64,000 bases of DNA from a virus. Its lineage: Duplodnaviria > Caudoviricetes. The notes beneath the pieces are model-generated. The model searched no databases and was not told where the DNA came from. It was given only the letters and a program-made list of their open reading frames with translations. Location of the stretch: positions 27,596-91,595 of IMG/VR virus record IMGVR_UViG_3300044259_000036, one strand, 5' to 3'. This document shows positions 10,828 through 20,036 of this stretch, in pieces (positions within the stretch are counted from its first letter, which is position 1; every line of letters starts with the position of its first letter). The position numbers and the translations under genes were made by a program.

Positions 10828-10880
10828 CCCTGCGAGCGGGCGGCGTATACAATCGCCCAAAATTTGACAAGGATTGTCAT

Positions 10881-11246
10881 ATGACAGGGATCAAAGGATT
10901 GGTCGCCTTGCTCGTCATCTGCGTCATCCTGGCCGCGAGCCTCGTCGTCTCGATGAAGCACGTCGGCCAGCTCCAGAAGGATCTGGAGGATTCGGCGCAT
11001 GACCTGCAAACCATCACCGCTGAGCGCGACGGTGCGCTCGCAAGTCTCGACGCTTGCCGGGGCCAGCTACAGAAGAACAGCCTGGAAGCCCAGCAGCAGT
11101 CCGAGAAATCCCGACTGGAAACCGAGGCAGCGCTCAAGCGCGCTGACGACGTTCTCAGCCAGCTGCCCACGCAGATCGCTGCCGATCGCAAGGACAGCAA
11201 GACGCCGGAGCAGGCGTCGGGTTGGTTGAAGGCGCTGTTCCAATGA
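10881..11246 (+). CDS. Inner-membrane spanin (Rz-like)
   Basis: Single N-terminal TM segment followed by a coiled coil; directly after the endolysin. Confidence 0.75.
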   Translation: MTGIKGLVALLVICVILAASLVVSMKHVGQLQKDLEDSAHDLQTITAERDGALASLDACRGQLQKNSLEAQQQSEKSRLETEAALKRADDVLSQLPTQIAADRKDSKTPEQASGWLKALFQ

Positions 11247-11557
11247 AGGCGCCAACGTTGTTGCTGATGCTCGCCGTCCTCCTCCTCGCAGGCTGCACCA
11301 AGACGGTGACGCAGCGGGTGGAGATCCCCTACGAAGTCACCGTACCGGTTTATTTCAAGGTAGCTGCGCCGGCAGAGCTGCTGCGTCGCTACATCCCGAC
11401 CGAGTACCCCGTCTTCATCTCTCCGAGCAGCAAGGACGCTGTGATCGGTATGTCCACCCTGGACTGGGAACGCCTGCAGGTGATTCTGCGGACGCTCGAA
11501 AGCAGGGACGAGGCATGGCGCTCCTGGGCTCAGCAACCGGCCGAGGCCAAGCCATGA
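11243..11557 (+). CDS. Outer-membrane spanin lipoprotein (Rz1-like)
   Basis: Lipobox LLLAG-C, Pro-rich mature region; ATGA overlap with the i-spanin. Confidence 0.75.
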   Translation: MKAPTLLLMLAVLLLAGCTKTVTQRVEIPYEVTVPVYFKVAAPAELLRRYIPTEYPVFISPSSKDAVIGMSTLDWERLQVILRTLESRDEAWRSWAQQPAEAKP

Positions 11558-11886
11558 GCACACCCCAAACCATCGACGTTCTTATCGACCTGGCTCCCTT
11601 CGCCATGTACACGGCAGTGCTGGTGAAGCTGCTGTTCGGATGGAGAACGGTCAAGACCCACGGCTTCAACAGCGGGCGCACAGCGATCTTCGCGCTGCTT
11701 GCCCTTGTCGTCACCAGCCTACTAGCGGCCAACGTGTACGCCTTCACGGTCGAAGGCAAGACCTACCTGTCGCTGAAAGTCTTCCAGATGTTCCTCGTCG
11801 GGAATTGGTTGGTCTACTGGATCGTCATCGACTTCCTCACCAGAGCACCGGAGCAGAAGGAAGCGAGCCGTGAATCTACCGACTGA
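11554..11886 (+). CDS. Three-TM membrane protein, putative holin/antiholin
   Basis: Three hydrophobic segments, charged C-terminus, located in the lysis cassette. Confidence 0.55.
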   Translation: MSTPQTIDVLIDLAPFAMYTAVLVKLLFGWRTVKTHGFNSGRTAIFALLALVVTSLLAANVYAFTVEGKTYLSLKVFQMFLVGNWLVYWIVIDFLTRAPEQKEASRESTD

Positions 11887-12229
11887 GCTGATGGAGAAGT
11901 TCCATGAGTACGCCTACACGGGCGCGCTCGGGGCCTTCGCCGCGCTGGTAGGCTATCTCTACCAGGTGGCCAAGAATGGCGGGGCCAAGATCAGCTTGCT
12001 GATGATCGTGGCCACGCTGGTGATCGGGTTCTACTTGGGGGTTTTGTTTGGCGGCTTCATCCCCAAGGACTGGGGAAACCGCGATGCCGTCCTGCTGCTC
12101 GTAGGAGCGACGGGCTTGAAGGGGTTCGAGATCGTCAGCGGCTGGGCCAAGGCTGTGATCCCGCGACTGCTGCAGGCGTTGGTACCAAGTGCCGGGGGCA
12201 TACCGCCCCCGGATGACCCTAAGCCCTAG
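11870..12229 (+). CDS. Putative holin
   Basis: Gly-rich TM helices (GALGAFAALVGYLY, GFYLGVLFGG, LLVGATG) typical of 3-TM holins; last gene of the lysis cassette. Confidence 0.65.
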   Translation: MNLPTELMEKFHEYAYTGALGAFAALVGYLYQVAKNGGAKISLLMIVATLVIGFYLGVLFGGFIPKDWGNRDAVLLLVGATGLKGFEIVSGWAKAVIPRLLQALVPSAGGIPPPDDPKP

Positions 12230-12492
12230 GGATGGGTCCAGGCGAATCGGCCAAAGTAGACCGATCCGTCATCTGCTTCATACGACATCTCGTCGTCGCG
12301 TCGCTCGATATGTGCAACACGGGTGACGCGCTTCTTGTGCGGCGGGGTCAGCATCTTCTCCAGCCGGCTGGCCTCCTCCCCATCGTCATTGAACATCCGG
12401 TACTCGCCCTCGACCTTGATGATCAGCGGGCTGCCCACCGGCGGCAGATGGCCTGACGAGTTGAAGTGTTCGTACTGATCCAGGTCAGTCAT
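12226..12492 (-). CDS. Hypothetical protein
   Basis: Last ORF of the leftward operon; overlaps its upstream neighbour. Confidence 0.7.
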   Translation of the reverse strand: MTDLDQYEHFNSSGHLPPVGSPLIIKVEGEYRMFNDDGEEASRLEKMLTPPHKKRVTRVAHIERRDDEMSYEADDGSVYFGRFAWTHP

Positions 12493-12742
12493 CGGCGTAA
12501 CCCTCCGCAGCTGTCATACCCTCGGGCATTTCCAGCACCTTGAAGCTAAGGGAGGTTTGAGGGCTGTGCTCTACGTACAGCTTTCCAGCCCCTTCAACCT
12601 CCACCACTTTGGGTCCTGATTTCTTGTTTACGAAGTCGGCCACCTCCAGGCGGCCTCCGTCGTCGGTGGTAAACACTACGTCCCCTTGGCACACAAGCTG
12701 GCCGACTTGGTAGTACAGCCGGGAAATTTCGATCTTGTACAC
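12485..12742 (-). CDS. Hypothetical protein
   Basis: Tightly coupled to the SbcC stop. Confidence 0.65.
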   Translation of the reverse strand: MYKIEISRLYYQVGQLVCQGDVVFTTDDGGRLEVADFVNKKSGPKVVEVEGAGKLYVEHSPQTSLSFKVLEMPEGMTAAEGYADD

Positions 12743-12743
12743 C

Positions 12744-14993
12744 TTACTCCCCCACGCAAATGATGTTCTGTGCCAGCGCCTGGTCGCTGACCCGGTGGGT
12801 GATCAGCAGCGTCTGCTTGGCGGCGGTGGACAGCATCGCCGACAGGCTCGCTGCGTTGTTCTCGGAGCACGACTCGGTCGGTTCGTCGAACAGCAGCGGG
12901 CACTCCTTGCCGTACAGTGCGCGGGACAGGCCGATGCGCAGCGCGGTGCCGATCAGCGCTCCCTGAGCACCGGAGGCTTCGGCGCAGGAGATAATCACCC
13001 CCGCCTCTGCGTACTGGAACTCACCTTCGCTGTTCAGGATCTGGGTGATGGTGCCCTTGGACGACTGCTTCACGATCTTGGTCGACAGGCCCAGGATCAC
13101 GGCCCAGACCTCCTGCAGGTAAACCTGCCGGCGATCGCGGAGGAAGCGGACCAGCTTGTTGTACAGCTCGGCCTTATTGGCATCCGCCACCGCAGCCGCC
13201 GCCCGCTCGCGCAGGCGCACCAGGTTGGCCTCCGCAGTGCTCAGCGAGTGCTTGGCATGGCCCATGGCCTGATCCGTGGTCTTCTGCTCGGACTGTAGGG
13301 TCAGCGCCTTGTAGGCGTGAGCCTGCTTGCGCTCGTTGTAGGCTGCCAGGGTCTTCTCGGCTTCCTGCACCTGGGCGTCGGTCGGAGGCTCAGGCAACGC
13401 TGCATAGGCCTCGTCCAGCTCTTTCACCTTGGCAGTCAGCGAGTCGAAGGACGACTTGGCGAAGTCACGCCGGCCAACAGCCTGGGTGATGCGGTCGTTG
13501 TGGGCGCCTGCACCATCCAGCTCGGCCTTCAGGGTGGTGTGCTGGGCGCGCAGGTCGTCGTAGGCCTGGTGCTTCGCGCTCTGGATACCCACCAGATCGG
13601 ACAGCGGTACGAGCGCTGCTACGGTGGCCAGCGCGTCTTCCTTGGCAGCCGCAGCCTTTACAAGCTCGGCCTGCTTCTGGTCGTAGGCTCGATGCAGGTC
13701 CTCCAGCGTGCGCAAAGTGCCTCGAGCTTCGCTCAGAACCCGGCGCTTCTCCTTCTCGATCTCTGTCAGGCTGTCCAGCTCGGCCTTCGCCGCAGCCAGT
13801 TCGGCTTCCAACTTGGCCGGGTCGTGACCTTCCTTCACTGCGCCACAGGTAGGGCACTCGGCGCCGTCGGACAGCTGCTTCAGGGCCTGATACTTGGAGT
13901 TGGCGTCGGACCGGGCTTCCTGTGCGCGGTCGACCGCGCCCTCGGCTTCAGTGATGGTGAACTTCAGAGCGTCCAGAGGAGCAGGCTTCTCTGGCAGTGC
14001 CTCGGCAGCGTGGGTTGCGGCGGCCACTGCATCGTCAGCGCGCTTGGTAGCGTCGTGGTGAGCTTGCACGGCCTCGTCGGCCGACTTGCGCTCGGCAGCT
14101 GCGGCCTGGCCATCGTCCACCAGCTGCTTCAGGCGGGCGGCCATTTCAGTGGTGTCTCGCAGCTCGCCGGACTCGGCCACGGTCTGCTCGGCGGCGTCGA
14201 GCGCTGCCTTCTGCACCTTGTGCTGGGCCTCAGCGGACTCCAACTGGCTGAGCAGGTTGCTTGCAGCCGTCTTCTCGGCGCGCATCGCCGCCGGGTCCAG
14301 CTCTGGCGCAACCTCGGTGAACTCACCGTGAGCCTCGACCGCGCGGCGGGCCTGCTCAGCCAGCTCGACCTTCTCGGTGACGACAGCCTTGCAGCCGTCC
14401 ACGGCGTCGGCCGCATTGGCCATCTCCTCGTCGCCGACCTGCTTGGCCTCGGCGTAGGAGGTATAGAGCGAGGCGATGCGGGCCGACTCGGTGGCCACCT
14501 TGTCGATCAGATCGACACCGGCGAACTCCTCGACCTTGCGGTTCAGCGCCGTGGCACCGTAGGTGAGCACGCCGGCCGACTGACCCTGACGGGACTGCAT
14601 GAAAAGGTCGTAGTCCTTGGCGCTGACGCCGATCAGATCCTCGACGAATTCGGTGACCGCGGTGTGGCCGTTGGCAACCAGCTCGTCGACTGCCTCGCCG
14701 TCACGGGAAGTGCGGCGCATCTTGCCGGTGCTCTTGCTGCGGGTGATGTGGTAGGTGCAGCCGCCTGCAAAGAAGGCCAGGTCGACAGACCACTTGTCGT
14801 GGCCCCAGGTTGGGATGTCTTCTTTCTTGCCCGGGATCGAGGCGATGCCGAACAGGGCCAGCTTGATGGCCTTGAGCAGGGTCGATTTGCCGTGGGCGTT
14901 CTCGCCGGAGATCACGTTCAAGCCAGCTGTGAATTCAGCGGCGAAGGTGCCCAGGCGTTTAAAATTCAGGGTGTGGAGGCTGATAAGGCGCAT
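12744..14993 (-). CDS. sbcC: SbcC/Rad50-like ATPase (T4 gp46-like)
   Basis: Walker A GENAHGKST, long coiled coil with zinc hook CPTC, signature ASGAQ, Walker B LLFDEP, ITH. Confidence 0.92.
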   Translation of the reverse strand: MRLISLHTLNFKRLGTFAAEFTAGLNVISGENAHGKSTLLKAIKLALFGIASIPGKKEDIPTWGHDKWSVDLAFFAGGCTYHITRSKSTGKMRRTSRDGEAVDELVANGHTAVTEFVEDLIGVSAKDYDLFMQSRQGQSAGVLTYGATALNRKVEEFAGVDLIDKVATESARIASLYTSYAEAKQVGDEEMANAADAVDGCKAVVTEKVELAEQARRAVEAHGEFTEVAPELDPAAMRAEKTAASNLLSQLESAEAQHKVQKAALDAAEQTVAESGELRDTTEMAARLKQLVDDGQAAAAERKSADEAVQAHHDATKRADDAVAAATHAAEALPEKPAPLDALKFTITEAEGAVDRAQEARSDANSKYQALKQLSDGAECPTCGAVKEGHDPAKLEAELAAAKAELDSLTEIEKEKRRVLSEARGTLRTLEDLHRAYDQKQAELVKAAAAKEDALATVAALVPLSDLVGIQSAKHQAYDDLRAQHTTLKAELDGAGAHNDRITQAVGRRDFAKSSFDSLTAKVKELDEAYAALPEPPTDAQVQEAEKTLAAYNERKQAHAYKALTLQSEQKTTDQAMGHAKHSLSTAEANLVRLRERAAAAVADANKAELYNKLVRFLRDRRQVYLQEVWAVILGLSTKIVKQSSKGTITQILNSEGEFQYAEAGVIISCAEASGAQGALIGTALRIGLSRALYGKECPLLFDEPTESCSENNAASLSAMLSTAAKQTLLITHRVSDQALAQNIICVGE

Positions 14994-15012
14994 TGTGGGT
15001 GTCCTCAAAGAG

Positions 15013-15036
15013 AGCGCCCGGCTTTCGCCGGGCGCT
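15013..15036 (-). terminator. Intrinsic terminator-like hairpin
   Basis: agcgcccggc-tttc-gccgggcgct (GAAA loop on -), followed by ctcttt on -. Confidence 0.6.
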
Positions 15037-15041
15037 GGGTG

Positions 15042-15488
15042 TTACTTGGCGGCGGGTTTGCGAGGCGCCCGGGTAGGCTTCGCGGCTGCTACTGGCACTG
15101 CCTTCGGCTTGGCCGGGGCGCGCTTACGCGGTGGCTTGGCTGCACCAGGCGCAGGCGGGGTCACCACTTCGTCGGTCTGGACGATGTGCTCAGGCATCTG
15201 CGGCGGGTTGGAAGGGACAGCTGCCACGATCATGTCGGCGCGGATGGCCACCGGCACGCCGTTGCCCGGGTCAATCACAACGGTCCACAGGTCCAGCTCG
15301 CCCTTCTTCGGGCCTAGGCGAGGCTGCGACACGCCGGCACACAGGTAGCCACGGATGTAGCCGCGCTCGGTGTAGGCAGGGTTACCGTCCTGATCCACCC
15401 CTGCCCAGTCGCGGCGCATGACCAGCGCCATGAATTGACCGAGGTCCAGACCCAGGTGGTTGTTGCGATTTACGTTGTTTTTGCTCAT
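15042..15488 (-). CDS. Hypothetical protein with Pro/Ala/Lys-rich tail
   Basis: ORF between sbcD and sbcC with coupled start/stop. Confidence 0.7.
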   Translation of the reverse strand: MSKNNVNRNNHLGLDLGQFMALVMRRDWAGVDQDGNPAYTERGYIRGYLCAGVSQPRLGPKKGELDLWTVVIDPGNGVPVAIRADMIVAAVPSNPPQMPEHIVQTDEVVTPPAPGAAKPPRKRAPAKPKAVPVAAAKPTRAPRKPAAK

Positions 15489-16528
15489 TACTTCGTTACC
15501 CCGTTGAGAACTTCCGTGAAAATTTCTTCAAGCTCCGTACCTGCCAGATCGCGCTTGATGCGCTCCGGCAGGTGTTCCAGGCCGACATCCTCGACGACGT
15601 CATCGACGCCACCCAGGCTGTCCTCTGGCTGGATGCAGTTACGGACGGCCAACATGTGAGGTGCGGCCTTCCAGATGGTTTTGATGTACTCGCTGATCTC
15701 GACCACAGTGGCGTCGGCCGGCGTGCCGGTGACGTCGATGAACTGGACCTTGCTCAGGTCGGGCAGCTCGCTGTTCACCTTGAGCGACAGGTAGCCTTCA
15801 TCCTTGGACCAGATCATCCGCTTGGTCAGCGTCGCTGTTTCCAGCTCCAGGTCGTAGACGAACTTGTCGCTGATGTCGTGGAACGACGTCGGGTGGGTGT
15901 TACCCAGCATGACGATCCGGCCACCCTGGTGGGTTGACGGGATGTGCTCATGGCCGATGAAGATGAAGTCGAAGGCTTCCAGCAGCTGCTCGCCGACGTG
16001 CGCCGGCAGGTTCAGCGAGTCGTCCTCGATGGCCAAGGTGAAATCGTAGTTGCAGTGCAGGACCAGATAGCTGGCCAGCCCGTCACGGGTTTCCGCAGCG
16101 TGGGCGGCGGCCTGGGCTACGGCGCGCAGGAACAGCTCCTGCGAGGCGTGGTGCGGTACCAAGTAGATCGAGTCGTGGTGCTCGAAGTACGGAGCGCTGA
16201 GATCCTTGGAGCGGATGACCGGCACGCCGGCTTCTGCCAACGCCATCAGCGAGGTGACAGTGCCCTCGCGGTTGGTCTCGTCGTGGTTGCCGGACAGGAC
16301 GGCCCAGCAGCGCGAGCCCACCTGCATGCCCTGGACGATACCGGCTTCAGGGTTGAACGAGCGGTCGAACAGGTCACCGGCGCAGAGGACCGGGTGCTTG
16401 CTCTCGTTGACGACCTTCATGGAAACGTCGAACAGGGCGGTGCGCAGGCGCACGGCCGAGTCCGGGGTGGTGTGAGCTTGACGCTGCAACCAGAGGTGGT
16501 TGTCGCTGAATAGGGTCAGGTTCTTCAT
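15488..16528 (-). CDS. sbcD: SbcD/Mre11-like metallophosphoesterase nuclease (gp47-like)
   Basis: DNH, GDLFD, GNHD and GHEH motifs; adjacent to sbcC. Confidence 0.9.
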   Translation of the reverse strand: MKNLTLFSDNHLWLQRQAHTTPDSAVRLRTALFDVSMKVVNESKHPVLCAGDLFDRSFNPEAGIVQGMQVGSRCWAVLSGNHDETNREGTVTSLMALAEAGVPVIRSKDLSAPYFEHHDSIYLVPHHASQELFLRAVAQAAAHAAETRDGLASYLVLHCNYDFTLAIEDDSLNLPAHVGEQLLEAFDFIFIGHEHIPSTHQGGRIVMLGNTHPTSFHDISDKFVYDLELETATLTKRMIWSKDEGYLSLKVNSELPDLSKVQFIDVTGTPADATVVEISEYIKTIWKAAPHMLAVRNCIQPEDSLGGVDDVVEDVGLEHLPERIKRDLAGTELEEIFTEVLNGVTK

Positions 16529-16641
16529 GAGATTGCCTCTTTGATGGCTGTGTAGCCAACGGCGAGAATTGGAAGGGCAGCGAGAGCCAGGACGCTGCCG
16601 AGGATCAGGGCAGCCAGGCGCTGGAGTGTCTTCTTTGACAT
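16525..16641 (-). CDS. Small membrane protein
   Basis: MSKKTLQRLAALILGSVLAL..., with aggagag SD and ATGA overlap with sbcD. Confidence 0.5.
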   Translation of the reverse strand: MSKKTLQRLAALILGSVLALAALPILAVGYTAIKEAIS

Positions 16642-16681
16642 GATCGTCTCTCCTGAGAGGGCAGCTCGCGCTGCCCGAGGG

Positions 16682-16837
16682 TTACAGCAGGCTGTGTGCC
16701 CAGTCGAAGAACGACCAGGCCGCCGCGATACCCGTGAACATTCCAAGGCCCAGGAACACGCCGGTGTACATCAGGCGGCGGACAACCCGGAGTTCCTGGA
16801 CAAATTCGTTGGCGAGTTGTTTCAGGAAGGCCCTCAC
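16682..16837 (-). CDS. Small membrane protein
   Basis: GTGA overlap with the ligase stop; one TM segment. Confidence 0.45.
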   Translation of the reverse strand: MRAFLKQLANEFVQELRVVRRLMYTGVFLGLGMFTGIAAAWSFFDWAHSLL

Positions 16838-17952
16838 AGCGGTTCGTACCAGCACTTGGCGGTGGCGATGCAAGGGATACCCTTGGCCGAGTAGCCCATG
16901 TGCTTGACGGTCAACAGCTTGTCCATGTGCTCCTCCCACTTCAGCCCCTGCTCATGCTTCTCAGCGTGGGTACCGGCCGCGAGGACCTTGGCGTTGACGT
17001 CAGGCTTTACCTCGTAGGTCCAGATGGGGTTGAGCCACTTCTCGCCGTTCGGCCCCTTATTAGGCTTGCCCCAGGTTACCGCGATCACTTTGAACTCGGT
17101 GTCCTGGAACGGCTTCACCTTAATCAGGTGGATGCTGCGGGTGTCGTCCTCGTAGCCTTCGTTACCCCAGCGCAGGATCGAACCCTCGAAGCCGTTGCGC
17201 AGGTTTTCCTGCTGCGCCGCTTCGACTTCTTCCCAGCTGCGAACACGGACGGTCGGGGTCAGGATCAGCAGAGGGTGTGCCGGCGAGGCGTCGAATGCCG
17301 CCTTGAGCATGTCAAAGCGCTCACCGAACGGCGCGTCATCCACCACGTCGTAAAGCCAGTAGGCCAGATTCTGCGTGCCGTCCTGCATCTTCTTGATGAA
17401 GCCGGTGATCTTCTGCAGCAGTACGCCCTTGGTGTAGATCTCGCCGTCGAGGTGCAGGTTTTCCAACGGCGTACCGACGACCAGGTCGTTCAGGTGGGAC
17501 AGGTTCACGAACTCGTTGCCGGCGCGGCTGTACATGATCTCGTCGCGTAGGCCGCGGTTACCGTCCAGCTTCGGCTGCAGGTAGGCGGTGTCCCAGTCGA
17601 TGTCTTCGGCTTTCACCTTGTCGGCCGGCTGGGCCAGCATCGGTTTCTTCTTGCCCAAGGTGTTGGTCACCGGCTCGTTGGCGGCTTCCAAGGTCTCGAC
17701 GTAGCCGCGGTCCAGCTGCTTGGCATGGCGGGCAATCAGCTCCAGCTGTGCCTGAGTTTCAGCGGTGGTCTCGTTGCTGCGGCCGAGGTTCTTCGCCTCG
17801 GTGGGGCTGAATTTCTGGACCGGGCTGCCGTCCATCTTCTTAGCGAAGGTGATCAGCAGGCCGGGCTCCTGTCCGCCGATAGCCTTGATATTCCAGTAGC
17901 CGATGGTGCCGGAGTGGTTTTTGTACAGCGTCTTCTCTGCAAGTACCTGCAT
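16834..17952 (-). CDS. ATP-dependent DNA ligase
   Basis: Motif I QPKLDGNR, LDGEIY, EGSILR, KVKPFQDTEF and a C-terminal OB-fold. Confidence 0.92.
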   Translation of the reverse strand: MQVLAEKTLYKNHSGTIGYWNIKAIGGQEPGLLITFAKKMDGSPVQKFSPTEAKNLGRSNETTAETQAQLELIARHAKQLDRGYVETLEAANEPVTNTLGKKKPMLAQPADKVKAEDIDWDTAYLQPKLDGNRGLRDEIMYSRAGNEFVNLSHLNDLVVGTPLENLHLDGEIYTKGVLLQKITGFIKKMQDGTQNLAYWLYDVVDDAPFGERFDMLKAAFDASPAHPLLILTPTVRVRSWEEVEAAQQENLRNGFEGSILRWGNEGYEDDTRSIHLIKVKPFQDTEFKVIAVTWGKPNKGPNGEKWLNPIWTYEVKPDVNAKVLAAGTHAEKHEQGLKWEEHMDKLLTVKHMGYSAKGIPCIATAKCWYEPL

Positions 17953-17969
17953 GGGAATCCTAATATCGA

Positions 17970-17995
17970 GTTAATGCGCTGATTGGCGGACTTTC
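17970..17995 (-). promoter_or_regulatory. 26-bp dyad motif copy 1 (upstream of ligase)
   Basis: gttaatgcgctgattggcggactttc; matches GTTAAT-N-CG-N8-CG-N-AYT. Confidence 0.5.
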
Positions 17996-18504
17996 TCAAG
18001 TGTAACCGCCGATCGCGGGATGTGGAAGTAGGCAACGAGGTGGTCAACCACTCGCTGTGTAATCAGCTTGTTGATGCAGCCAATGCCCTCCCACTGGGCG
18101 AGCATGTGGCGTTTGTCGATGTTCTTCTCGCCCTGGATGGCAATGCCGTCCCACAGCTGCAAGACGCCCAGCTGTGTGTCCCAGAACAAAATGAAGTAGG
18201 GGATGCCGAGCATGTACCGGAAGGTCCCGATAGCTCCGCGCTGTGATGGCCTCACCATCGCCTTGGCCAGCTTGTGGTGCACCTCACTGGCCTTGATCTC
18301 CAGGAACATCATGCGCTGCCCGTCCAGCCCGGTCTCAGCGCCGGGTGGAAGGCCGAGGATGTAGTCGCTTGGCTGGGCCGAGACAACGGAGCCAGCGGCT
18401 CCGGTGTCTGTGAGCCGATGCCAGCCGACCAGGTATTGCGCCTTGAGCTGCTTGAAGACCTCAGTCATCTCGCCCTCAAAGACCTTGCCTATGTCAGCTG
18501 CCAT
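17971..18504 (-). CDS. RecU-like PD-(D/E)XK nuclease (Holliday junction resolvase)
   Basis: GKVFEGE, RLTDT, PSDY, FLEIKAS and RPSQ motifs. Confidence 0.7.
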   Translation of the reverse strand: MAADIGKVFEGEMTEVFKQLKAQYLVGWHRLTDTGAAGSVVSAQPSDYILGLPPGAETGLDGQRMMFLEIKASEVHHKLAKAMVRPSQRGAIGTFRYMLGIPYFILFWDTQLGVLQLWDGIAIQGEKNIDKRHMLAQWEGIGCINKLITQRVVDHLVAYFHIPRSAVTLEKVRQSAH

Positions 18505-18505
18505 G

Positions 18506-19075
18506 TCACACCTTCGTCAGGTAGTCCTTCATCAGGCTGTCCAAGGTCTGGTGCAGGTAGGCCAGGTCGCCTGTGTTGTGCACCTTGACGTTGGTCAGCC
18601 CTGGACTGATCCCCCGCTCGCTGGCATGGCCGGCGATGCCGACCTCCTCGATGCCCGGGCGGTCGATCTCGATCAGGATACCGCCCTGCTCTTTGATCCA
18701 GCGCGCCTCGGAGTCGAAGCGGACATCACTGAGGATCATGCCGGTGGTGTGCCCAGTCTCGGGCGACCAGAAGCCGTCCTTGACTGTGTTCCACTGCTTG
18801 GCCACCAGGTTCACCCACAGGTCCGGGTTCACCGCCCGGCCCCACTCGGTGCCCAAGGTCTGCATCAGCGCGCGGTAGCTGATCCCCGCCTCTGGGCAGA
18901 TCTGCTCCCGGTCGCCGGTGTGGAAGTGCGGGCCGAATACGGACGTAAGCATTTGCTTGATTGGTTCCGCAAATGCGTACTTACGTAAGTGCATACGTGC
19001 GGCAAGGTAGTCGGACATGGTGTCCTTGCCGGACCGGGCCTTGCCGTAGACCCCGATCAGGACGGGCTGCTTCAT
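18506..19075 (-). CDS. Deoxynucleoside monophosphate kinase
   Basis: GKARSGKDT, FAEPIK, RALMQTLGTEWGR, SDVRFDSE and HASE motifs. Confidence 0.92.
   Translation of the reverse strand: MKQPVLIGVYGKARSGKDTMSDYLAARMHLRKYAFAEPIKQMLTSVFGPHFHTGDREQICPEAGISYRALMQTLGTEWGRAVNPDLWVNLVAKQWNTVKDGFWSPETGHTTGMILSDVRFDSEARWIKEQGGILIEIDRPGIEEVGIAGHASERGISPGLTNVKVHNTGDLAYLHQTLDSLMKDYLTKV
18935..19002. repeat. 4-bp phased repeat array inside the dNMP kinase CDS
   Basis: gaat acgg acgt aagc attt gctt gatt ggtt ccgc aaat gcgt actt acgt aagt gcat acgt gcgg. Confidence 0.75.
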
Positions 19076-19803
19076 GCCAGGCATGCTTGGAGCCCCTTAC
19101 GCAGGTCGTGGGAGAACGGCACCTCGCACTTGGTCAGCAGCCACTGGACGTAGTCCTTCTCCAGGTTTTTGAGCTTGCTGCCCTTGTGCTTGCCGAAGTT
19201 GATGGTCATGTTCGGCGTGCCTTCGTCCTTGGTAGCCCAGGCGATCAGCTCGTCCAGGCTGTTCAGGCCAGCTGCCTTGATCGCAGGGGCGACCAGGTCG
19301 AGGGTGGCGGTGACGTCAGCCAGTGCGTCGTGCGCCTTTTCCATCGGCTTGCCCAGCAGCTTCTCGTAGGACTGGACCAGCTTGGCGCCTTCCCAACCAT
19401 GCAGCTTCTTCAGCGCACGGCACGGCTTGATCATGTCGATGGAGAAGACGGGCTTCCAGCCCACCCGCATGCTGATCTTGTCGTCGTAGCTGTAGTTGTT
19501 GTAGCCGAACACCGCGTCCACCTTGAGGGCATTGACGGTGTCGAACTGTTCGGTCATGTACTCGATCCAGCACGGCTTGTCGGCCACGTCCATCATGCTG
19601 TAGCCGTGAATCGCGGTGGCTTCAGCGGTGATCTCCACGCCGGGGTTGAGCAGCTGGCAATCCTTGTCGAGGATTTCGTAGCTGCCGTCCTGGTGCAGTT
19701 TGACGATGATCAACGCAGCCTGCAGAACGCCGCAGGAAGCGGTGTCCAGGCCTGTGGTCTCGTAGTCATAAGCCAGTACGTCGATGCTGCGTCCGAAGTT
19801 CAT
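19072..19803 (-). CDS. DEDDh 3'-5' exonuclease (ExoX/DnaQ-like)
   Basis: YDYETTG, AIHG, YNNYSYD, AHDALAD and a C-terminal FGKHKG...YVQWL module. Confidence 0.9.
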   Translation of the reverse strand: MNFGRSIDVLAYDYETTGLDTASCGVLQAALIIVKLHQDGSYEILDKDCQLLNPGVEITAEATAIHGYSMMDVADKPCWIEYMTEQFDTVNALKVDAVFGYNNYSYDDKISMRVGWKPVFSIDMIKPCRALKKLHGWEGAKLVQSYEKLLGKPMEKAHDALADVTATLDLVAPAIKAAGLNSLDELIAWATKDEGTPNMTINFGKHKGSKLKNLEKDYVQWLLTKCEVPFSHDLRKGLQACLA

Positions 19804-20024
19804 TTGCGTTTCTTCCTTTTGGTGGTGGGCCGCACGTTGGGGAAATACCGGGCACAAAGGTCAGGATGTTCTTTCCTGAACTGGTCAATGCCCGCTTCAG
19901 CGCGGCTGAGCTTCGTGCTCAGGCCTCTGATCATAATTCCTTGCTGATGCACCTGCAGTTTCAACTTGTCTAAGGACTCCACTGGAACCCCCGGGGGCAA
20001 TTGCCCCCGGAGTTCCGACGTCAA
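19800..20024 (-). CDS. Hypothetical protein (start uncertain)
   Basis: ORF coupled to the exonuclease start; its 5' part contains the 20-bp palindrome ccgggggcaattgcccccgg. Confidence 0.5.
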   Translation of the reverse strand: MTSELRGQLPPGVPVESLDKLKLQVHQQGIMIRGLSTKLSRAEAGIDQFRKEHPDLCARYFPNVRPTTKRKKRK

Positions 20025-20036
20025 GAGTCCGCACCA

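Noticed and set aside
19991-20010. 20-bp perfect palindrome as a telomere-resolution site
   Set aside because: Short and GC-rich, just downstream of the polA stop; more simply an mRNA hairpin, and no protelomerase is present in the window.
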